This document shows, piece after piece, positions 58,303 to 64,000 of a stretch of DNA of 64,000 nt. The DNA is from Tepidiformaceae bacterium (lineage in GTDB: Bacteria > Chloroflexota > Dehalococcoidia > Tepidiformales > Tepidiformaceae), in NCBI GenBank assembly GCA_965243075.1, contig OZ251525.1:2144348-2208347 (forward strand), read 5' to 3'. The notes under the pieces are model-generated. The model had not been told where the DNA came from. It saw only the letters and a list, made by a program, of their open reading frames with translations, and did not search any database. A program made the position numbers and the translations under genes. Position 1 is the first letter of the stretch; each line of letters opens with the position of its first letter.

Positions 58303-58899
58303 ATGATGCGCTTCTTCTTCGACGAGCAACGCGCCGCACAGGCCGCCGCGCGCCTGCTGTCCCGGCACGGCGGTCCCATGCACGGCGCCATGCTCGTTCA
58401 GCTGCTCTACCTCGCCGACCGTCAGACGCTCATCGAGACCAGTACGCCCATCACGGGCGACTGCTTCATCGCCACGCGGCACGGCCCCGCCCTCGGCCGC
58501 ATCCTCGACCTGCTGACTTGGGGATGCCCCGACGGCGATTCCGAGTGGAGTATCCGCGTCTCCCCGCCGCGCGACCACGCGGTCGCCCTCGTCGGCCCCA
58601 CCGACTGCGATGCGCTCGGGGCCATCGACGCCGACGTGCTCGACGCGATCCATGCGCGCTTCGGCCAGCAGGATCCGTGGCAGCTGGCGGCGTACACGCG
58701 CACGCTGCCCGAATGGAGCGACCCGGGCGATGGCGCCGCGCGCATCGATCCGGGGGACATCCTGCGCGCCGCCGGTCTCTCCGATGCGTCCATCCGGGAA
58801 CTTGCCGAGGAAGCGGAGGCCGTCTACCTCTTCCGCGCCTCGCTGGCGAAAATCGGGGCCGAGCTGGAGGCGGAGGCGAAAGCGGCGGCCCTTCCGTGA
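58303..58899 (+). CDS. Panacea (DUF4065) domain protein, orphan copy
   Basis: MMRFFFDEQRAAQAAARLLSRHGG...LVQLLYLADRQTLIETSTPITGDCFIATRHGPAL. TATCAT -10 (58277) and GGAGG SD. No coupled downstream ORF, because tRNA-Leu starts 50 nt later. Confidence 0.8.
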   Translation: MMRFFFDEQRAAQAAARLLSRHGGPMHGAMLVQLLYLADRQTLIETSTPITGDCFIATRHGPALGRILDLLTWGCPDGDSEWSIRVSPPRDHAVALVGPTDCDALGAIDADVLDAIHARFGQQDPWQLAAYTRTLPEWSDPGDGAARIDPGDILRAAGLSDASIRELAEEAEAVYLFRASLAKIGAELEAEAKAAALP

Positions 58900-58948
58900 G
58901 GCCGTTCGCCTTGACCGCGCGCGGCTTGCGGGGCTACCGTCGCAGTGG

Positions 58949-59037
58949 GCCGAAGTGGCGGAATTGGCAGACGCGATGGTCTCAAAAACCGTTGGGCCAC
59001 CAGGCCCGTGCCGGTTCGAGTCCGGCCTTCGGCACCA
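58949..59037 (+). tRNA. tRNA-Leu (anticodon CAA), long variable arm, CCA encoded
   Basis: GCCGAAG/CTTCGGC acceptor, ATGGT-CTCAAAA-ACCGT anticodon arm, long variable arm, GCCGG-TTCGAGT-CCGGC T arm. Confidence 0.85.
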
Positions 59038-59065
59038 ACGCCCATAGCGGAGGGCGCATCGACAC

Positions 59066-59136
59066 TGCCGGGTGGTGTAACGGTAGCACACAGGCCTTTG
59101 AAGCCTCTGGTCGGGGTTCGAATCCCTGCCCGGCAA
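59066..59136 (+). tRNA. tRNA-Gln (anticodon UUG)
   Basis: U1:A72 acceptor TGCCGGG/CCCGGCA, anticodon loop CTTTGAA, CGGGG-TTCGAAT-CCCTG T arm. There is one mismatch at the top of the anticodon stem, a 4-nt variable loop and no encoded CCA. Confidence 0.75.
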
Positions 59137-59139
59137 GTC

Positions 59140-59170
59140 CCGGTGGCCAGTGATCGGTGGTTCGTGGCCA
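59140..59170 (+). repeat. left copy of imperfect direct repeat (CCGGTGG...GTGATCGGTGGTTCGTGGCCA) next to tRNA-Gln
   Basis: Matches 60171..60209 (CCGGTGGTCGGTGGTCGGTGATCGGTGGTCGGTTGGCCA) apart from an internal GGTGGTC expansion. Confidence 0.6.
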
Positions 59171-59212
59171 GTGGTGAGCGCGTTCGCGCCCACGCGGGGC
59201 CGACGCTCCATA

Positions 59213-59230
59213 CCGACCACCGACCACCGG
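59213..59230 (+). repeat. left arm of perfect 18-bp inverted repeat bracketing the cyclase gene
   Basis: CCGACCACCGACCACCGG is the exact reverse complement of 60171..60188. Confidence 0.9.
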
Positions 59231-59231
59231 C

Positions 59232-60161
59232 TCAGAACACGGCGACGGGGTTGACGGCGCCGCCCGTGCCGCCCTGCAGGCGCAGGGGCTGGATGCAGAG
59301 GAAGAACTCCCAGCGGTTGAGGCGCGAGCAGGTCTCGGCCAGCGCCTCCAGGTCGCAGTTGTCGATGAGGGGCATGCCCATGGCCACGATGGCGATGAGG
59401 TGGACGGGCATGGGCAGGGCGTCGTAGCCGGGGCCGCCCGCCTCCTGCGCCGTGTCCGCGCCGATGACGGCGGCCCCGCGCTCGTGCAGCCAAGGGAGGG
59501 AGGCCGCGTGCCAGCCGCCGGCGGAGCGGGGCGGGCGCGCCGCCTCCTCGCGCAGGATGCGGCCCTTGCCCGTGCGCAGGAGCACCGCGTCGCCCGCGCG
59601 CACGCGCACGCCCTGCCGCGCCTCGGCGGCTTCGAGGTGTTCGGGAAAGACCCCTTCGCCCGCGTCGAGCCAGGGGCGTCCGTCGAGCGCGGGGACGTCC
59701 ATGAGCACGCCGCGCGTGACGATGCCGTCGCGGAAGGCGGTGACGGCGTGGTGGCGCGCGCCCTCGGCGGCGGTGACGAGCTCGGCGGGCTTGCCGTTGT
59801 ACATGGCGCCGTCCCAGAAGATGTGGCTGAGCCCGTCGAGGTGGGTGATGGTGACGCCGTGGAAGGCGAAGCTGGCGACCTCGAGGGCGGCGCCGCCGCG
59901 CCCCACGGCGAGCGGGTCGCGGCCCGTGGCCAGCATGTAGCGCTGGGGCGTGCCGAAGAGCTGGTCGGCGCGGGGCGCGGTCTCGATGTCCCAGGCGCAG
60001 GAGACGGAGAGGCCCTCGCGCACGAGGGCGGCGGCGGCGCGGCGCGCGTCGGGCGTGATGTGGTTGAGCGCGCCGAGCTCGTCGTCCGCGCCCCAGCGGT
60101 TCCAGTTGGAGAGCGACTCGAAGTAGCCGAGCACCTCGGCCTCGGTGGGCGGCTCCGGCAT
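59232..60161 (-). CDS. putative cyclase family protein (kynurenine-formamidase-like)
   Basis: NRWGADDELGALN, THLDGLSH (HxD-type metal site) and GMPLIDNCDLEAL. Confidence 0.8.
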   Translation of the reverse strand: MPEPPTEAEVLGYFESLSNWNRWGADDELGALNHITPDARRAAAALVREGLSVSCAWDIETAPRADQLFGTPQRYMLATGRDPLAVGRGGAALEVASFAFHGVTITHLDGLSHIFWDGAMYNGKPAELVTAAEGARHHAVTAFRDGIVTRGVLMDVPALDGRPWLDAGEGVFPEHLEAAEARQGVRVRAGDAVLLRTGKGRILREEAARPPRSAGGWHAASLPWLHERGAAVIGADTAQEAGGPGYDALPMPVHLIAIVAMGMPLIDNCDLEALAETCSRLNRWEFFLCIQPLRLQGGTGGAVNPVAVF

Positions 60162-60170
60162 GGATGGCCT

Positions 60171-60209
60171 CCGGTGGTCGGTGGTCGGTGATCGGTGGTC
60201 GGTTGGCCA
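60171..60209 (+). repeat. right arm of the 18-bp inverted repeat (60171..60188) plus right copy of the direct repeat
   Basis: CCGGTGGTCGGTGGTCGG followed by GTGATCGGTGGTCGGTTGGCCA. Confidence 0.85.
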
Positions 60210-60312
60210 CCGCGCATGGCGCGAGCGTGCGCCTGCGGGCCCCGCGCGTCAAGCGGCGGCGAGCGGCGCCCAACCACTCTCCACGCTTCTCCTCTTCACT
60301 CTCCACTCTCCC

Positions 60313-61449
60313 CTACACCTGCCGGTAGGCGCGGTGGCGCATGACGATGCTCTGCACGATGCCGAGGGCGAGGAAGAGGGCGAGCAGGGAGCTGCCGCCC
60401 TGGCTCACGAAGGGCAGGGGCAGGCCCGTCACGGGGAAGACGCTGAGGTTCACGGCGATGTTGATGACGGCCTGCATGAGGATGGTGACGACCACGCCCG
60501 CGGCCACCAGCTGGCCGGGCACGTCGCCCGCGATCTGGGCCGCGCGGATGCCCCGCATGAGCAGCAGGATGAAGAGCGCGAAGAGCGCCATCGCGCCCAC
60601 GAACCCCAGCTCCTCGCCGAGCACGCTGAAGATGAAGTCGCGCGTCTTCACCTTGAGGAAATCGAGCTGCGTCTGCTCGCCGTTGGTGAGGCCCTTGCCC
60701 AGCAGCTGGCCGGAGCCCACGGCGATCTGCGACTGGATGGGGTTGTAGCCCGCGTCCAGCGGGTCCTCCTCGGCGTTGAAGAGCACGGAGATGCGCTCGA
60801 TCTGGTAGTCGGCCACGGTGAAGGTCCAGACGAAGGGCAGCACGGCGAGGAAGGCGGCGGCGAGGATGAGCATGTGGCGGCGGCGCACGCCCGCCACCAC
60901 GATCATGCCCAGCCAGATGGAGGCGAGCACGACGCTCGTGCCCAGGTCGGGCTGGACGAAGACGAGCAGGAGCACGGGCGCGACGATGGCGAAGGCCCCG
61001 CCCAGCGCGCGCAGGGTGCGGGCGTCGCCGCCCTGCCCGGCGAGGTAGCGCGCGGTGGCCAGCACGACCGCGATCTTGGCGAACTCGGAAGGCTGGAACT
61101 GGACCGGGCCGATGGCGAACCAGCGCGTCGAGCCGAACTCCGTCTGGCCCAGCGGGATGAGCGCCAGCAGCAGCACGATGGCCGCCCCGTAGAGCCACCA
61201 GGCGTAGTGCAGGAAGAGGTGGTAGTCGAGGCGCGAGACGGCGATCATGCCGCCCACGGCCACCACCGCGAAGAGCCCCTGCCGCGCCACGGGGTTGGCG
61301 AGGCTGGCCAGCGGGCCGTCGTAGGAGCGCAGGCTGCCGCTGTGGATGAGCGTCAGCCCGTAGGCCACGAGCGCCAGCGCGGCGAAGGCCAGCAGGGCGT
61401 CGAAGCGGGCCCACGCGCGCAGGGACGGCTGGCCGCGCAGGACGGTCAC
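60313..61449 (-). CDS. rodA: rod shape-determining SEDS glycosyltransferase RodA
   Basis: FQPSEFAKI, QPDLGT and FVSQGGSSL motifs. GTG 61449 overlaps the PBP2 stop (GTGA). Only the last 378 codons of ORF 60313..63660 look real. Confidence 0.9.
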   Translation of the reverse strand: MTVLRGQPSLRAWARFDALLAFAALALVAYGLTLIHSGSLRSYDGPLASLANPVARQGLFAVVAVGGMIAVSRLDYHLFLHYAWWLYGAAIVLLLALIPLGQTEFGSTRWFAIGPVQFQPSEFAKIAVVLATARYLAGQGGDARTLRALGGAFAIVAPVLLLVFVQPDLGTSVVLASIWLGMIVVAGVRRRHMLILAAAFLAVLPFVWTFTVADYQIERISVLFNAEEDPLDAGYNPIQSQIAVGSGQLLGKGLTNGEQTQLDFLKVKTRDFIFSVLGEELGFVGAMALFALFILLLMRGIRAAQIAGDVPGQLVAAGVVVTILMQAVINIAVNLSVFPVTGLPLPFVSQGGSSLLALFLALGIVQSIVMRHRAYRQV

Positions 61450-63350
61450 GGCGCCACCCGCTCCAGGAACCAGGCGATGATGTCGGCGGCCACGGGCGCG
61501 GCCTTCTCCCCGCCCACGCCGAGGTCGTAGAACACGGTGACCACCACCTGCGGGTTCGCGTGGGGCGCGAAGCCGGTGAACCAGGCGTGCTCCTTCGTCT
61601 CGCCGTCGGCGGGATCGACGAACTCCGCCGTGCCCGTCTTGCCCGCCACGGCCACGTCCGGCAGGCTCGCGCGGAAGGCCGCGCCCTCCACCACGGACTG
61701 GCGCATCCCGCCGCGGATGACGGCCAGGTGGCGCGGGTCCACGGGCAGCGTCTCCCACTCCGGTTCGGCCACCTCCACGGTCTCGCCCGCGGCGTCCACG
61801 ATCTCGCGCAGCACGCGCGGCTTGGGCAGGCGGCCGCCGTTGGCGATGGCGGCGGTGACGGAGGCGATCTGCAGGGGCGTGGCGGTCACGTCGCCCTGCC
61901 CGATGCCCATGAAGCAGGTGTCGGCCAGGTACCACTCGCGGTCCGCGTCGGTGAAGAAGTCGGCGCTGCGGCTGCGGCTCTTCCATTCCGGGCCGGGCAC
62001 CGTGCCGGAGAACTCCGTGCCCGCGATGTCGAGGCCCGTGACCTGCCCCAGCCCGAAGCTGCGGGCGTAGTAGCCGAGCACCACGGCGGACTGCTCCGGC
62101 CCGTCGCCGAGGCCGCGGATGCCCTCCTGGGGAATGCCGCAGGAGGCCATGTAGAAGTAGATGTTGGAGGACCAGGCGATGGCCCCGGTGAGGTCCAGCT
62201 CGCCGTGCACGCGCCAGTCGTAGAAGTAGTAGGGCTGGCCGTCCTCGCCGATGAATTCGAGCACGTTGCTGTCGATGACGCGGCGCGTGGCGGGCGTGAT
62301 CGCGCCCTCCTCCAGCGCGGCGGCGGCGGTCACCAGCTTGAAGGTGGAGCCCGGCGCGGCGGGGCTGAGGGCGCGGTGCAGGAGCGGGCGGCGCGGGTCG
62401 TCCAGCAGCGCCCGCCAGGCGTCGCCGGGGTCGGCCAGCGAGAAGATGTTGTTGTCGTAGGTGGGCACGGAGACGAGGGCGTAGACCTCGCCCGTCCGGG
62501 GGCTCATGACCACGGCGGCGGCGGTCTGGGCCTCGTCCATGGTGTCCACCAGCAGCTGGTGCACGTAGCGCTGCAGCCCGGCGTCGATGGAGAGGCGCAG
62601 GCCGCGGCCCGCCACCGGCTCGCGCCGTTCGAGCGTGGCGACCAGCTCGCCCTGCGCGTCGATTTCGACGACGGCGCGCCCGGGCGTGCCCCGCAGGCTG
62701 GCCTCGTAGCGCGCCTCCACGCCCACCTTGCCCACGGATTCGTTGAAGGCGTAGCCCTCGTCGCGCAGCACGGCCCACTCCTCCGGCGACTGCGGCCCCA
62801 CGTAGCCGAGGATGTGGCTGAACTCGGGCCCGGCCACGTAGGAGCGCGCCGTTTCGACCGCGAGGCTCACGCCGGGCAGGTCGGCGGCGGCCTGCTCCAG
62901 CAGCAGGGCGGTGGTGCGGTCGAGCGCGCGCGCGATGGCGAGGGGCGCGCCGCCGCCGGCCTCCGAAGCCGCCACGGCGTCCTGGATTTCGAGCGCGGGC
63001 ACGTCCAGCAGGTCCTCGAGGTGGAGGTAGAGGCGGTAGCGGTCGGCGGCGTGATCGGGCAGCAGCGCGGGCGTGATCATGGCGGCGAAGGCGCCCGTGT
63101 TCTCGACCATGGCCTCGCCGTCGCGGTCGAAGACGAGGCCGCGCACGGGCGCGATGCTCTCCACGATGATGCGGTTCCGCTCGGAGCGGGCGGCGTACTC
63201 CGCGCCGTCCACCAGCTGCATCTGCGCCAGCCGCAGCCCCAGCGCCGCGAAGAGGACGACCACGGCCACGCGCAGCACGGCCACGTTGCCGTGGGGGCGG
63301 TTGCGGCTGAGGCCGGGATCGACGCGGCGTTCGGTGAGGAAGCGGCGCAC
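61446..63350 (-). CDS. mrdA: penicillin-binding protein 2 (elongasome transpeptidase)
   Basis: PGSTFKLVTAAAAL (SxxK), SSN and KTGTAE motifs. N-terminal TM anchor. Confidence 0.9.
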   Translation of the reverse strand: MRRFLTERRVDPGLSRNRPHGNVAVLRVAVVVLFAALGLRLAQMQLVDGAEYAARSERNRIIVESIAPVRGLVFDRDGEAMVENTGAFAAMITPALLPDHAADRYRLYLHLEDLLDVPALEIQDAVAASEAGGGAPLAIARALDRTTALLLEQAAADLPGVSLAVETARSYVAGPEFSHILGYVGPQSPEEWAVLRDEGYAFNESVGKVGVEARYEASLRGTPGRAVVEIDAQGELVATLERREPVAGRGLRLSIDAGLQRYVHQLLVDTMDEAQTAAAVVMSPRTGEVYALVSVPTYDNNIFSLADPGDAWRALLDDPRRPLLHRALSPAAPGSTFKLVTAAAALEEGAITPATRRVIDSNVLEFIGEDGQPYYFYDWRVHGELDLTGAIAWSSNIYFYMASCGIPQEGIRGLGDGPEQSAVVLGYYARSFGLGQVTGLDIAGTEFSGTVPGPEWKSRSRSADFFTDADREWYLADTCFMGIGQGDVTATPLQIASVTAAIANGGRLPKPRVLREIVDAAGETVEVAEPEWETLPVDPRHLAVIRGGMRQSVVEGAAFRASLPDVAVAGKTGTAEFVDPADGETKEHAWFTGFAPHANPQVVVTVFYDLGVGGEKAAPVAADIIAWFLERVAP

Positions 63351-63353
63351 GGC

Positions 63354-63872
63354 TCAGACCCCCCAGCGGTCCGGTTCGAGGGAGCGCGTCTCGCGGCCCA
63401 GCGCGCGGCACGCGAGCCAGGCGACGGCGAAGGCCGCCCCGTCGAGCAGCATCCCCGGCAGGAGCAGGTCCGTGAGCAGGGCGACGGGGGCGGGCGCGGC
63501 CCCGGCGGAGACGGCCACGCCCGCGAGCAGGGCGCGCGCCCACAGGCCCGCCGCCATCACCGTGGCGAGCAGCGGGACGGCGGACAGGCGCGCGCCCCCG
63601 CGCAGGCGCTGGAGCCAGGCGGCGGCGGGCAGCAGCGGCAGCCAGGCGGCGATCAGCCATTCCGGCCCCGTGTTGAGGGCGAAGCCCGCGAACAGCGCCA
63701 GCGCGGGCAGCGCCGCCATCGCCGCCAGCGGCCCGGCGAAGGCCGCCAGCAGCGCCAGCAGCACGAGCGGCAGGTCGGCGACCGCGCCCGACAGGGGGAA
63801 GAGCGGCGCGACGGCGGCCTGCGCGGCGACCGTCGCCACGACCAGCGGCGCGACCAGCGCGGCGCGCGTCAT
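63354..63872 (-). CDS. mreD: rod shape-determining protein MreD
   Basis: Small polytopic hydrophobic protein between mreC and PBP2. ATGA overlap with the mreC stop. Confidence 0.7.
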   Translation of the reverse strand: MTRAALVAPLVVATVAAQAAVAPLFPLSGAVADLPLVLLALLAAFAGPLAAMAALPALALFAGFALNTGPEWLIAAWLPLLPAAAWLQRLRGGARLSAVPLLATVMAAGLWARALLAGVAVSAGAAPAPVALLTDLLLPGMLLDGAAFAVAWLACRALGRETRSLEPDRWGV

Positions 63873-64000
63873 TCGTCCAGCCCGAAGCGGTCGGGCGCGA
63901 AGCTGATCATGACGAGCACGGTGCGCGTGGTGGCGATGCGCACCGCCGTCTCCAGGCGCACCGTGGGGAAGGGGTCCTGCGCGTCGCCGCGCACCTCGAC
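63869..64000 (-). CDS. mreC: rod shape-determining protein MreC, C-terminal fragment (runs off the right edge)
   Basis: Hand translation gives ...VEVRGDAQDPFPTVRLETAVRIATTRTVLVMISFAPDRFGLDE*. The call rests on its position in the mreCD-mrdA-rodA cluster. Confidence 0.55.
   Translation of the reverse strand, partial: VEVRGDAQDPFPTVRLETAVRIATTRTVLVMISFAPDRFGLDE

Overview
This is a very GC-rich bacterial chromosomal window. Hand-counted 60-nt lines in housekeeping genes give about 67% G+C, so most long ORFs in the six-frame track are antisense or out-of-frame artefacts rich in Arg/Ala/Gly/Pro. I selected genes by amino-acid composition, recognisable motifs, start/stop overlaps (ATGA/GTGA coupling) and Shine-Dalgarno or -10 context. 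All family calls come from motifs I recognise by eye, not from searches. The core content is ordinary. It includes polA, selA, tilS, a split methylmalonyl-CoA mutase operon (large subunit, DinB-like, epimerase, B12 subunit, MeaB), DAHP synthase and thioredoxin-fold proteins. It also includes a double CoA-transferase, nitronate monooxygenase, PepP, a DPP-IV-like S9 peptidase, rhodanese, Bcp, GGT and QueD. There are three tRNAs (Gly-GCC, Leu-CAA, Gln-UUG) and the mreC(partial)-mreD-PBP2-rodA cluster. F420/PPOX/LLM-type enzymes and the overall style suggest Actinomycetota or Chloroflexota (Thermomicrobia-like), with low confidence. Several accessory islets interrupt this backbone. (1) At the left edge is a translationally coupled operon of at least four genes: a PP-loop (PAPS-reductase/DndC-like) enzyme, a GHKL ATPase and two unknowns. 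It is my best candidate for an undescribed nucleic-acid modification or defence system. (2) Two tandem, mosaic Panacea(DUF4065)-toxin pairs sit next to it, with two more Panacea genes elsewhere in the window. (3) A lower-GC methyltransferase-HNH fusion is followed by a 54-aa ORF and a Panacea gene. (4) A tandemly duplicated higBA pair. (5) An AlbA_2-domain two-gene cassette flanked by direct repeats of about 120 bp. (6) A roughly 40% G+C single-gene island encodes a TIR/nucleoside-2-deoxyribosyltransferase-like protein. (7) Small cassettes lie next to the tRNAs. I recognised no CRISPR array, rRNA, integrase or transposase.
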